Shown in pieces: positions 47,992-57,530 of a stretch of DNA of 64,000 nt. The stretch is taken from the IMG/VR virus record IMGVR_UViG_2667527592_000002; one strand, given 5' to 3'. Position numbers and translations under genes: made by a program. This stretch comes from a virus (Duplodnaviria; Heunggongvirae; Uroviricota; Caudoviricetes). Numbering within the stretch: the first letter of the stretch is position 1; every line of letters begins with the position of its first letter. A model generated the notes under the pieces. The model was not told the DNA's origin. It did no database searches and saw only the letters and a program-made list of their open reading frames with translations.

Positions 47992-48298
47992 ACACTCTCC
48001 TTTCGAAATAAACGTACTGATTAATCATGCCCAGGGGCATTTCGAGTTTTTCCGCGATCTCACGGCGGGGAACGCCACACTGATGAAGCTGCCGCGCCAG
48101 CTCTATATCGCTCTGCCGGTATTTGGCTGACTGGTGAAAGTCACCTTTCAGAATCATGCTGATCCCAAGCTCTCGCGCTTTAGTCCTGACGGCATCACCG
48201 GTACGACCGATCAGCTTCCCAATACTCTCGACCGTCATAGTTCCGGCGCACTGGCGGAGTATCATGACTTCTGCCCTTCCCCATCCCCGCCAGCTCAC
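47981..48298 (-). CDS. putative DNA-binding protein
   Basis: 105 aa; HTH-like ...TVESIGKLIGRTGDAVRTKAREL... Confidence 0.3.
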   Translation of the reverse strand: MSWRGWGRAEVMILRQCAGTMTVESIGKLIGRTGDAVRTKARELGISMILKGDFHQSAKYRQSDIELARQLHQCGVPRREIAEKLEMPLGMINQYVYFERRVYEV

Positions 48299-48933
48299 GC
48301 AGAACTCCTTCTAACCAAAAGAACGCCATCTTCAGAAACAACGTTGCAGGACTTCAGGTAATTCATTGCCTCTTTCGGTAATGGATTCTTTGGATCGGCG
48401 TTTGCCAGGGATTTCGATAACCTCATGATAAATTTGATCATTACCTTCTGGCGGAGCTTGTGCTCATGAGATAAAGAAAGGTAATAGGAAATGGTATGGG
48501 CTAAACGCTCACGAAGCTGTTCTGTGCCGTGATATACAGCAGCGATATCACGCAGTGCATTGACCAGTTCCCGGTAAATATGTGGAGCAACCTGGCATTC
48601 AATGTTGGTTGGTGACTCATAAATTACAGTCAGCCCCAGCTTTTCAGCCAGCGCGTGCTCTGCACGAGCACCAACCGATTCTTCCCATCGATTGAGCAAA
48701 TAGATCGCATCAGCAGAACGCACCATTGCCAGGCAAATATCCATGTATTCACTCTGGCAAAGGCCACCAGGTAACACCGCTGGATTCAGAACGATATGCC
48801 CTTCAGCCATCAGCTCGCTCGCTTTCGCATTAAACGCCGCACGGTTGTAATCTGGATAACCAGTCATCGGCCCCGCGATGTAAATTTTCAAAACACGTTT
48901 CACCATCAAAATTTCCCCAAAATCGTGACGCAA
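48295..48933 (-). CDS. DUF4406 / nucleoside 2-deoxyribosyltransferase-like N-terminal domain protein
   Basis: ...KIYIAGPMTGYPDYNRAAFNAKASELMAEGHIVLNPA... Confidence 0.35.
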   Translation of the reverse strand: MRHDFGEILMVKRVLKIYIAGPMTGYPDYNRAAFNAKASELMAEGHIVLNPAVLPGGLCQSEYMDICLAMVRSADAIYLLNRWEESVGARAEHALAEKLGLTVIYESPTNIECQVAPHIYRELVNALRDIAAVYHGTEQLRERLAHTISYYLSLSHEHKLRQKVMIKFIMRLSKSLANADPKNPLPKEAMNYLKSCNVVSEDGVLLVRRSSA

Positions 48934-49098
48934 AACATAAGCACTGCGAAAAGCTCAATACCAAGCTCAAGTAGCGCCAACGCCCCGAAAAACAACACAT
49001 AGAACAGGCCAATCTCATTCACAGATGGCTGGTGGATCGCACTTAAAGCTATAAGCATCATGTCCTCCAAACAGTTATCAGGAATGATATTAATGTTT

Positions 49099-49110
49099 TG
49101 TGTTAGAAAA
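49099..49110 (+). promoter_or_regulatory. TGTTAGAAAA-type recurrent motif
   Basis: tgtgttagaaaa, about 70 nt upstream of 49179 start. Confidence 0.4.
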
Positions 49111-49178
49111 TCAATTTTGAATATCTAACTATTTTGATCAATCATAGAAAAATCGCTGAAAAGTAAGAGGCAGCCATC

Positions 49179-49757
49179 ATGCAGAAACAGAGCTATTGGG
49201 AGAAACAGAGACAAAAAGCCATGCAAAAATTGGCTGACCCGGCCTGGCGAGAGGAACAAAGGGCAAAGCGCCTTCAACAAGCTCAACGCCAGCAGCAGCG
49301 AGCGAGAGAAAAAGCCGCATCGCCTGAATATCGGCAAAAAAAAATTGAAAAAGCAAAGCAATATGACCAGCGGAGAAAAGAGAAAGCTGTATCCGCTCCG
49401 TCCAAAAAAACACGCACGTCACGCGGCCTGAAGGGCAGATCACTCACAGCCGATGAGCGCCGGATACAGACCGCTATCGGTACTCTCCCCTGCATTGCCT
49501 GCCATATTCACGGGCAACATAGCCCAGTAGTATCCCTGCACCATATCTTCGGGAGAACGGCAGAGAACGCGCATAAATATGTCCTCCCTTTGTGTAAATG
49601 GCACCACCAGTACGCAGCGCCAGCCGAGGTCCGAGAACAATATCCCTGGCTGGTCCCTGTTCATGCTGATGGAAAAATAGGCGGAAAAGCAGATTTCATA
49701 CGGCACAATGCCGATGAAATGGCGTTGTATCAGATGGCAATTGAATTGATAAATTAG
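49179..49757 (+). CDS. ref: HNH endonuclease with highly charged N-terminal region (Ref-like)
   Basis: N-terminal about 80 aa K/R/Q/E-rich; C-terminal ...LPCIACHIHG...HHIFGR...LPLCKWHH... HNH-type Cys/His pattern. Confidence 0.55.
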   Translation: MQKQSYWEKQRQKAMQKLADPAWREEQRAKRLQQAQRQQQRAREKAASPEYRQKKIEKAKQYDQRRKEKAVSAPSKKTRTSRGLKGRSLTADERRIQTAIGTLPCIACHIHGQHSPVVSLHHIFGRTAENAHKYVLPLCKWHHQYAAPAEVREQYPWLVPVHADGKIGGKADFIRHNADEMALYQMAIELIN

Positions 49758-49768
49758 TTTTCTAACAT
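49758..49768 (-). promoter_or_regulatory. TGTTAGAAAA-type recurrent motif
   Basis: ttttctaacat. Confidence 0.4.
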
Positions 49769-50087
49769 TTTAAGTTGAATTGAAAATTTCTCCGATGTAC
49801 ATTCACTACCGATTGGCACACCGGTCAACTTTTTGAGACAAACTATTTAGTTTTTCGTATTATTGCCGCCGCCATACCTATGGCGGTGCAATATAGGTGG
49901 CTGAAAAGCCCCCGTTGACTCACGGTGTTCCAGCCTTTATTGCGCCGCCACCAGACCGTGGAACAGTCGATGGCGGCTCCGAAAGCAAGGAGTCACTACA
50001 CTATGAACAACTACAGTCTTTTCCCATCACTCGTCGTCCACCACTCACGCGATAATCTGCATTCTTTACTCGCGCTGGGGGTGTCAA

Positions 50088-50255
50088 AATGACTGTTCGC
50101 TACCTCAACTTTCAAATCAAGAACATTACTGGCGGTTGCTATGACTGGTTTGTCACTCTCGGAAAAGAAGTGATCACCGGGAAGCTGGATGAAGTGAAAG
50201 CTAAAGCAATGGCCTACGCCTGCAAGCAAGCCCGGAAAAAATCCGCCAAAGCATA
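50088..50255 (+). CDS. small hypothetical protein (55 aa; below ORF-track cutoff)
   Basis: hand translation MTVRYLNFQIKNITGGCYDWFVTLGKEVITGKLDEVKAKAMAYACKQARKKSAKA; RBS present. Confidence 0.3.
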
Positions 50256-50353
50256 AAATACTGACTGTTGCGCCCTGGCATTATCGTGGGGTATATTTCT
50301 ACGGCACCTTAGAAAAACGGGTGCCGGGATTGGAACCCCGGATAATGCAAAAG

Positions 50354-50376
50354 GCGACACAGACGCCGAAAGCGTC
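50354..50376 (+). terminator. rho-independent terminator
   Basis: gacgccgaaagcgtc + ttttttt. Confidence 0.6.
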
Positions 50377-50568
50377 TTTTTTTGTGTCATGCCATCGCAC
50401 AGCCATACGTAGCGTTTAGCTCAGAGATCAATGGTAGTGCTGGCTGGGCTGCCGAAAGGCAGGCCGGTTCCCTTTTGCGCCGGTAGTTCCAACCCAGTCA
50501 GTGCTACCGCCATTGAGATTGGAACCTCACGCGGTAGCTCCTTAAATTAGCAAAAGGAGGCTGCCAAT

Positions 50569-50784
50569 ATGGCTACTATCCCTACCCCAACTCATTCTGA
50601 ATTTATCTGGCGTTTCTATTCCTGCCAAAAACACCTGTATATCTGCGTAATGGCTGCTACCGAAGCAGAAGCTCGTTCATACCTTCCTGAAGAACCCTGC
50701 ATTTTTGCCGCACGCTTCACTCTTGATGCGATGGAGATCCTCAATTACTGGAATCTGCCGATGAACTGCGTGGAGGTGCACTGA
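50569..50784 (+). CDS. Icd-like small protein (copy 2)
   Basis: ...EFIWRFYSCQKH...VMAATEAEAR...; paralogue of 10448..10672. Confidence 0.45.
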   Translation: MATIPTPTHSEFIWRFYSCQKHLYICVMAATEAEARSYLPEEPCIFAARFTLDAMEILNYWNLPMNCVEVH

Positions 50785-51725
50785 TGAATCTGCCCATCTC
50801 TCGCAAAGCGACAATGACCAGTATTGAGATCGCGAAACTGGTGGGAAGTCGTCACTCTGATGTTAAACGCAGCATCGAAAGACTTGTTGCTAAAGGTGTT
50901 ATCCAACATACGCCATTGGCTACAGTTGAGAATAATCAATCACTTAGCCCTAATAAATACACAAAAGCCTATGTCTTCGAAGGCGAACAAGGCAAACGAG
51001 ACAGTATCATTGTCGTCGCACAGCTCTCTCCGGAATTCACCGCCCGGCTGGTGGACCGCTGGCGCGAACTGGAGAATGCCAGGGGACCGTTAAAATCAAA
51101 AGCCGAAATCCTGGCTGAAATGGCGCAAATGCATCTTGAGCATGAACGCCGGATCAACGCCGTAAATGCCCAGGTAGCCGAGGTATCAGCACAAGTATCG
51201 ATGGTTGCTGAAACACTCGAGCAAATAAAGAAAGGCAATATTCCGGAAGGCTACATTGGCTACCGCCAGCTGGCGGCGAAATGCGGCCTGACTGAAGCCA
51301 AATGCCGAAACCTGGTCAACGCTTACCGGATTCCCACCGATACGCATGAGTTTTTAACTCCAGATGGTTTGCTTGCGCGACGCTCCATTGTGGCCCTGGC
51401 CCCCTTCCGGAAAGCCTTTAAGCAGGTGATGTCGGAGGCAGAACCACGCAATAAACGCTGGTATCATCCAAAGATGGGGATGTTTCAGGCAATCCACCAT
51501 CCTGTGCCTGAAAGCCCAAAGGATAATCTGTCACTACATACCGCCAGAGAGAAGATCAGGACTGGATACGCAACAGTGTGTCGTCGTTCTTCCTGGCCTG
51601 AAGGTGTATGGGTATGGCCCGAAGGTGGATCACGAAAGCACTGGCGCACCATCCGGGACGGAAAAATCCATGCTATTGATTTAGCTCCAAAGGATGTTAT
51701 TGCTATGGACTGGATTGTTAGTTAA
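50784..51725 (+). CDS. Rha/Ant-family antirepressor (copy 2) with DUF2829-like C-terminal extension
   Basis: MTSIEIAKLVGSRHSDVKRSIERL; C-terminal ...KIRTGYATVCRRSSWPEGVWVWP...IHAIDLAPKDVIAMDWIVS aligns with standalone 11376..11576. Confidence 0.7.
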   Translation: MNLPISRKATMTSIEIAKLVGSRHSDVKRSIERLVAKGVIQHTPLATVENNQSLSPNKYTKAYVFEGEQGKRDSIIVVAQLSPEFTARLVDRWRELENARGPLKSKAEILAEMAQMHLEHERRINAVNAQVAEVSAQVSMVAETLEQIKKGNIPEGYIGYRQLAAKCGLTEAKCRNLVNAYRIPTDTHEFLTPDGLLARRSIVALAPFRKAFKQVMSEAEPRNKRWYHPKMGMFQAIHHPVPESPKDNLSLHTAREKIRTGYATVCRRSSWPEGVWVWPEGGSRKHWRTIRDGKIHAIDLAPKDVIAMDWIVS

Positions 51726-51784
51726 ATGCTGCATCCCCGGCGACTCCGGGGATTTAACTGCCAAATAATCGGATTATCCGCACG

Positions 51785-52096
51785 ATGAAAAAAATAGATT
51801 TCACTTATTCTGCCGCCACAATCCAGCGACGTTTCAGTCTCATAAGGGAAGTGGAACTATCAAAAAACTTGTATCAAATTCTACTGGATGAAGAGTTTTC
51901 ACTGATGGTTATAGCAGAAAAATTAGCTATGCCGAACGACCGGCACAAGGTCATAGCCAGCCTCGATCTGGTGACAAACAGATACTGGGAGAAAGAGGAA
52001 CTACATGAGGCGGGAGTAATTCGTGACCTGATGGAGAATTCCGTTCCCCGCCGCTATCGTGCAGGGAACGGCATCTCCGTGGTTAAAGGTGTTTAA
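51785..52096 (+). CDS. hypothetical protein
   Basis: 103 aa ORF. Confidence 0.3.
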   Translation: MKKIDFTYSAATIQRRFSLIREVELSKNLYQILLDEEFSLMVIAEKLAMPNDRHKVIASLDLVTNRYWEKEELHEAGVIRDLMENSVPRRYRAGNGISVVKGV

Positions 52097-52485
52097 AGCT
52101 CACCTGCGCGCTGTTTTTCAAGCACAGATTTAACATTTGGCGCTTTCCCTTTAAAAGAATGGAAAGTGCCACATTTTTCTGTTTTAACCTCGCGCAGAGC
52201 TTCGCCATCGGCGTTCTGCCATTGATGGGATAATGTCATATCACCGCGAGAAGGAACATCCAGCGAGTACAGCGTGTAAGTTCCCCCCATCTCCGCATAC
52301 TCCTGGAACACATAGCTCATTACGTCAGATTCAGTTTTTCGGTGTGCGTTATCAACCTTATTCCCATTCAGAAATATGGCATCTGGATAGATTTTTATAT
52401 CAAACCGACCGCACTTAACTTGTAAATTTCCGGCGCTCGCGATCAAAGGGAAAGACGCCAGTAAAGCAATAGCCAATCTTTTCAA
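52093..52485 (-). CDS. secreted / periplasmic protein
   Basis: signal-like MKRLAIALLASFPLIASA. Confidence 0.35.
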   Translation of the reverse strand: MKRLAIALLASFPLIASAGNLQVKCGRFDIKIYPDAIFLNGNKVDNAHRKTESDVMSYVFQEYAEMGGTYTLYSLDVPSRGDMTLSHQWQNADGEALREVKTEKCGTFHSFKGKAPNVKSVLEKQRAGEL

Positions 52486-52505
52486 TTCTGCCTCCGCTGC
52501 GTAAC

Positions 52506-53129
52506 TTATTGCCCGTATTTTTTACACCATTGCTCTGCCATTTGTTTGGCTAAAGGCCCGGCTACTGCACTGTATTCTGCTGTTTTACTTTGCACACATG
52601 AAGCAGATGGTTTTTTATTTCGCTGCTCGGTTAGTTTGCGCTCATAAGCCATCATGCTATCGAACCCGGCAATATCACTTTGGCGAAGCATTCCCTTTTT
52701 AACCAAAAATTGCTGCCCCTCTGGCACCAACGCAAGCATAAAAAGTGGTTGCAATAACTCACCTAATCCTTGCTGGCGATACACTTCGAATTGCTGCCAT
52801 CCCTGACTTAATCTGGAAAGAGTATCTTTGGTTGAATAACCTGTTTTTGTTATAGCTTTGTCCGTCAGATATGCTGTATATGCAAAAACGCAAAAGTCAG
52901 TTTTACCAATAAACTGAGTTCCAACAGGCCGTAATGGAATGCCCTCCCTCTTGCAAAAGTCCATAATTGCCGCTTGTGAATGATCCCCACCAGCGTTATT
53001 CATAACCTGCTGCCCTGCCCTGAATTGTGCAGGTAACGCAGTTGCATTGGCAGTATTAACAGATACGCATCCCAACATAGCCGCGAGCGCGGCCCCTAAA
53101 ACCCTTAACTTCACTACACCATCCTTCAT
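52506..53129 (-). CDS. secreted / periplasmic protein (possible superinfection-exclusion type; speculative)
   Basis: N-terminal signal-like region, 207 aa; position near immI-like module. Confidence 0.35.
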   Translation of the reverse strand: MKDGVVKLRVLGAALAAMLGCVSVNTANATALPAQFRAGQQVMNNAGGDHSQAAIMDFCKREGIPLRPVGTQFIGKTDFCVFAYTAYLTDKAITKTGYSTKDTLSRLSQGWQQFEVYRQQGLGELLQPLFMLALVPEGQQFLVKKGMLRQSDIAGFDSMMAYERKLTEQRNKKPSASCVQSKTAEYSAVAGPLAKQMAEQWCKKYGQ

Positions 53130-53345
53130 GTAAACAAAATGAAGTTTTATGTTATAAAAACAATTAACTACATCAACATGATTTAGGCCAAATTTCGGTC
53201 AAAAAATAAAATCCACAAAAAGTGGTTGACACTATTTTGGAAATCACAAACTACACATAATCCATCGCGCTAACGGCTCCCGTTGAAGGTTCTTTTGACG
53301 ATTAACTTTCAGCCGAAGCGCGGTAGGGAGTCATAACGCCAAAGC

Positions 53346-53370
53346 AGGCCGCCATGTGCGGCCTTTTTTT
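53346..53370 (+). terminator. hairpin + T-run (terminator or attenuator) just upstream of 53398 gene
   Basis: aggccgc-catgt-gcggcct + tttttt. Confidence 0.5.
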
Positions 53371-53397
53371 GTATCCGTCATCCGTGAAGGAAGGACA

Positions 53398-54051
53398 ATG
53401 GAAAAGATCGCAATATTCAGCCTGACCACCAGCAAGCCTCAAATGCTCACTGCAATACTGAAAGACGGTGCTCTCATTATTAACGAAGTAAAACCCCTTC
53501 CCGCGTCAGCATTGGAGCAAAAGCAAAAAATTCCTCCAGCTATAGCAGCCCTGCGGAAAAGCAAATTTAAGGTACTGGTAGACGAAATTACGCCAACGAT
53601 CTCCGCTGGCACCGGAGCAAGCCAGGTGACTCTCAAGACCCGTCATGCCGATGGCAGAGCAGCAATCATCGTCGGGATGGAAAGATACAGAGAGTTAAAA
53701 CTCCAGAAGCTATTATCCCTGCCGCAAAATAACAAAGGTGCTTTCGAAATCCCCGACTCTATCGTTGATACCGAATACAACGGTAACGGAGAAGAAGTCT
53801 ACAGGGTGAACTGGCAGGATATCAGGCCGGAGCATATTCTGATGATCCTGTGTTGCTACGCGACCGTATACCAAAACGTTGCCAGTGCAGATTACGTAGA
53901 GCAGATGACCGGGACAGTCGAGAAAGAGCAAAAAACAAGCATACTCGCTTCGTTCCTTTCCATTATTGGGCATGAAAAAGTTAAAGCAGGCACCTCCCAG
54001 CCAAAGTCACTGGCTGGGAAAGAAGTTGATGAAGATACCGTGATACTTTGA
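53398..54051 (+). CDS. hypothetical protein
   Basis: ATG at 53398 preceded by GAAGGAAGG; ORF track starts earlier inside the hairpin. Confidence 0.35.
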   Translation: MEKIAIFSLTTSKPQMLTAILKDGALIINEVKPLPASALEQKQKIPPAIAALRKSKFKVLVDEITPTISAGTGASQVTLKTRHADGRAAIIVGMERYRELKLQKLLSLPQNNKGAFEIPDSIVDTEYNGNGEEVYRVNWQDIRPEHILMILCCYATVYQNVASADYVEQMTGTVEKEQKTSILASFLSIIGHEKVKAGTSQPKSLAGKEVDEDTVIL

Positions 54052-54379
54052 TCACATTAGTAGCTTTGTTAACTCCCTCAATACCAGGTAGAAGAGTAAC
54101 AAAAATATTGACGCGAGTATTTGAGTGGTCAATGAAGCGTTCATAAACAGATCAATTAGCATTAATAATTCGAAGATAACATCCATGTCATTCACTCCGT
54201 TTAATTTTTAATCTAATGCCAGCAAAGGAAGCTGGCCCCCGCATAAAGATTAATGAAAGTCACTTGTCACCAGTGAGGGGATTTATGAACCACATCCCCC
54301 TGAACTGGTGGCCTGTCTGTTTCTCGCATTTCACACCCTGCATACAGTTTCCCCCAGGTTATGACTGAGAGGCTTTGTT

Positions 54380-54709
54380 ATGGGCTATAGCAGACTCGAC
54401 GATAGGTACATTGAAGACGATATTTTTCGTGCGCTGTTTCACCAGGAAATGATTAAGCGGGTATCGGAGTATCACTCTGATAATTTCCAGTACACGATAA
54501 AGATTGATGAAGTATATCGTTCAGACCTTGCAGCCTACAGGGCGTATGGCAATGCAGATTTGCGCTGGGTATTCCGGGTGCTGGTGGGCCATGAGTCAGA
54601 AATGGAAGAAATGCCCGCCGGGACCACGTTAACTCTTCCTGATGTGGCATGGCTGAGGAACAAGATCCGTGATTACGCGAGCGCGGAACCGGAGATAGAA
54701 AATGCCTGA
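54380..54709 (+). CDS. hypothetical protein
   Basis: 109 aa ORF. Confidence 0.3.
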   Translation: MGYSRLDDRYIEDDIFRALFHQEMIKRVSEYHSDNFQYTIKIDEVYRSDLAAYRAYGNADLRWVFRVLVGHESEMEEMPAGTTLTLPDVAWLRNKIRDYASAEPEIENA

Positions 54710-55895
54710 TTTCCTGAAAAACCAGGACGGGCGCTATATCACTGACGGCCTGTCCTCTAAGGACTTCACGCGTTTATTCGACCTTATCAGGAAAGAACAA
54801 ACCCGTAAGCGCCGACAAGCTCACCGGACGCTGACGCCAGGCAGACTTAGGAACAAATCCGCCGAAGATATTCTCAAGTTAGGGAAGAAAAAAGGCGGCA
54901 CGTTCTTCACGCGAGACGACCTGAAAGGTTTCGAAAAGCTACGGAGTAAAACGCGCGAAAAATATGACAGCAAGACGGCTGGCATCACATACGCCCAGCT
55001 GGTGGCATCCAGCCAGGCAATCGATATTAAGCGTGCAAATAACGCCGTGGATGACGGATCTGGTATCAAAAGAGCTACACCCGTATCTCTTCGCCACAAT
55101 GTGATTAATATCCGCGTAGAAGCATCGGATATATCCGTCCACCAGCACCATATCGTCCGGATACGCTTTGAAGAATGGGATCAGATGGTTGATGACATCG
55201 CAGAAGACGATAAATCAGCTCTCAAAATAACTAAATCACTGTGCGCCGGGCGAGTGTCTTTCGATTGTGACTGTGGTCGCCATCAATACTGGTATCGCTA
55301 CATCGCCACTGCGGGTAACTTTGCCCTGGCACCGCCAAAAGAATACGCCTATCCAAAAGTTCGCAACCCTAAGCTGCAAGGTGTCGCCTGTAAACACGTG
55401 ATTCACGCAATGACGCGGTTACAGTCCGCCAGTTGGCAAATGAGTATTGCTCGTGCGCTACAAAAGGCTGCAACGCAAATTGCATTTGGTGACGATCGCC
55501 GCCGTACAACCAAACACTTCTCAAAAGAAGACGAGAAGGAGTTTAATCGCAATCGTAGCAGTAAAACGAACGTTGAAGCCGCCAAACGCGAATGGAGGCT
55601 CTATCAGAAGCGCCAGGCAGCTTTAAGTACAAAACTGGCAAAGGACAACGGCAAGATCGACAAACTACGTGACCAATTGACCAAGGCCAGAAAGTTGTCA
55701 GACGCACAGAAAAAACGGGCGGCAGCAAAAGAAGCGGCCTTGCAACGTGAGAAACAGAAAAACAAGGAGCTTCAGCAACGCCTTGCCGATCAGTTCGCAC
55801 TGAAGAAGCAGGCGTTCATTGATGCGCTTGTCATGGCTGGAACACCACCAGCACAAGCTGAAAAAATGTTCATGGAGTATGTAAAAAAAGCATAA
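54702..55895 (+). CDS. hypothetical protein with SWIM-like zinc-finger motif and basic coiled-coil tail
   Basis: ...SFDCDCGRH...GVACKHVIHA... (CxC...CxH). Confidence 0.35.
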   Translation: MPDFLKNQDGRYITDGLSSKDFTRLFDLIRKEQTRKRRQAHRTLTPGRLRNKSAEDILKLGKKKGGTFFTRDDLKGFEKLRSKTREKYDSKTAGITYAQLVASSQAIDIKRANNAVDDGSGIKRATPVSLRHNVINIRVEASDISVHQHHIVRIRFEEWDQMVDDIAEDDKSALKITKSLCAGRVSFDCDCGRHQYWYRYIATAGNFALAPPKEYAYPKVRNPKLQGVACKHVIHAMTRLQSASWQMSIARALQKAATQIAFGDDRRRTTKHFSKEDEKEFNRNRSSKTNVEAAKREWRLYQKRQAALSTKLAKDNGKIDKLRDQLTKARKLSDAQKKRAAAKEAALQREKQKNKELQQRLADQFALKKQAFIDALVMAGTPPAQAEKMFMEYVKKA

Positions 55896-55928
55896 ACCAC
55901 ACATAGCCTAGCTGCCTAGGCTAGGCTT

Positions 55929-56657
55929 TCATCTTTTTGAAAAATCAATTTCCGTTTTATCAAATAAATTTGAAATATCAGCAACCAATTTATTAAAATC
56001 ATGATCGCCATTATAAAGCGAAGTCTTCTTTATTGCCATTACAAAATCATATAACTTTTCTGGGGAGTCAATACCAACCCCTCTACTTTTAAAAAGCTCA
56101 ATGATAACTCCAACATCATCATATAATAACTTTATTGCCGCTATAATCTCTTTTTGCTGCCTAAGAAATCTCTCAAGTTCATTTTTATTTTCATCCATAA
56201 TTCTTTTGTTGAATTGTGTATCATTAATACTTTTTATTATTTCAGTCTCTTTTATTTGCAACGCCTTTCTTTTATTTTGATCCATGTCGGCATCCAAATA
56301 CCTTATCTCTGTATATATTTTACTTGTTAGCTTTGATACGCAAAGAGTGACAATCGGAGCTGCAATTGATGCAATAATTCCAAAAATAAATGGCAAGCCA
56401 AAATGATAAAACCAAGGAGACAAAACGCCTTCATAAACTAGAGGAATCTTACCTCCAACAAATGTTACAGATAAAGTATATAGGATATCATCCTTTGACT
56501 TCATCAATATTAGTATATCTTTCCAATTAATAATTAAAAAAGAAATGAATATATATGCAAACACTTTATTAAAAAGCTTGTCTTTTATGGCATCTCCAAA
56601 AGATACTTTGATTAGATCATTTTCAGTCAATTTTTCTGTTGATGAATCTGTATTCAT
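55929..56657 (-). CDS. membrane protein encoded by strongly AT-rich DNA
   Basis: 242 aa; two predicted TM helices then K/E-rich helical domain; base composition visibly more AT-rich than flanks. Confidence 0.5.
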   Translation of the reverse strand: MNTDSSTEKLTENDLIKVSFGDAIKDKLFNKVFAYIFISFLIINWKDILILMKSKDDILYTLSVTFVGGKIPLVYEGVLSPWFYHFGLPFIFGIIASIAAPIVTLCVSKLTSKIYTEIRYLDADMDQNKRKALQIKETEIIKSINDTQFNKRIMDENKNELERFLRQQKEIIAAIKLLYDDVGVIIELFKSRGVGIDSPEKLYDFVMAIKKTSLYNGDHDFNKLVADISNLFDKTEIDFSKR

Positions 56658-56719
56658 ATAAACTACCGGGATTACTAATATCTATTTTATGAAAATAGCG
56701 GTCATCCAGACCGCCAAAC

Positions 56720-57079
56720 TCAAATACCAACCAAGCTTTCAAGAGGAATGCCAAACTGGGAATGTAAACGGCGAATCATAGGTAACGTCAAATTTCGTGT
56801 CCCATTTAGCACTTCGTAAACACGATTTGACTTACCAATCGCCGGTTCCAGATCCTTCACGGTCAGCCCTTGCTGTTCCATACGGAATTTAATGGCCTCA
56901 ATAGGTGATGGTGGCTCAATTGGGTAATGTTTTTTCTCGTACTCCTCAATGAGAAGACACATGACCTCAAAGAAATCACCTTCCGGGGTGTTCATTTCCG
57001 GTTCGTTATCGAACATCGGTTCGACCGCACGCAGTGCGGCCTCATAATCTTGTTCTGTACGGATAGGTTTAATGTTCAT
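56720..57079 (-). CDS. higA: HigA-family antitoxin (HTH)
   Basis: ...LTVKDLEPAIGKSNRVYEVLNGTRNLTLPMIRRLHSQFGIPLESL...; downstream of toxin (hig order). Confidence 0.75.
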   Translation of the reverse strand: MNIKPIRTEQDYEAALRAVEPMFDNEPEMNTPEGDFFEVMCLLIEEYEKKHYPIEPPSPIEAIKFRMEQQGLTVKDLEPAIGKSNRVYEVLNGTRNLTLPMIRRLHSQFGIPLESLVGI

Positions 57080-57082
57080 GAT

Positions 57083-57388
57083 TTACTCCAGTTCTATTGT
57101 ATCCGCGTCAATGGCATCGTATTCCTTGTGTGTTCCAATAAATTTAACGAACATCCATCCTCGCTGATAAGCAATTGCGACAATTAACCTGTAATCATTT
57201 CCCTTAATATTGAACACCACGCGCCTGTTTTTAAGGATGCTGGCTGTCCGGTACTGTTCTTTGATCTCAGCCGGATTTTTCCAGTCAGCCTTTGTTGCTT
57301 CATCAACCCATGCCTTTAATGGCTGTTCTGCATCGGGATTCTTCGCCCAGAAATCCCTTAGTGTCTTTACCGAAATTATTTTCATCAC
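57083..57388 (-). CDS. higB: HigB-family toxin (RelE/ParE superfamily)
   Basis: ...RRVVFNIKGNDYRLIVAIAYQRGWMFVKFIGTHKEYDAI... Confidence 0.75.
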   Translation of the reverse strand: MMKIISVKTLRDFWAKNPDAEQPLKAWVDEATKADWKNPAEIKEQYRTASILKNRRVVFNIKGNDYRLIVAIAYQRGWMFVKFIGTHKEYDAIDADTIELE

Positions 57389-57415
57389 AGATTCCTTCTT
57401 TCTGAAAGTATAGTA

Positions 57416-57460
57416 GTCCCAATATGGGACAATGTAAAGTACTTTAGTCCCATGCTGGGA
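57416..57460. promoter_or_regulatory. paired palindromes upstream of higB (candidate HigA operator)
   Basis: GTCCCAATATGGGAC (57416..57430) and TCCCATGCTGGGA (57448..57460). Confidence 0.4.
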
Positions 57461-57530
57461 TATGAATTGAAATCACAATCTCCAGACAATGCACCCTCGA
57501 TACCTGATAAATCGACCTTTGAGGATGCTT

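Noticed and set aside
53226-53261. Sigma70 promoter (TTGACA at 53226) driving a small RNA ending at the 53370 hairpin
   Set aside because: No acceptable -10 hexamer at 16-18 bp spacing (aactac at 17 bp; cataat at 24 bp), so only the hairpin is reported.
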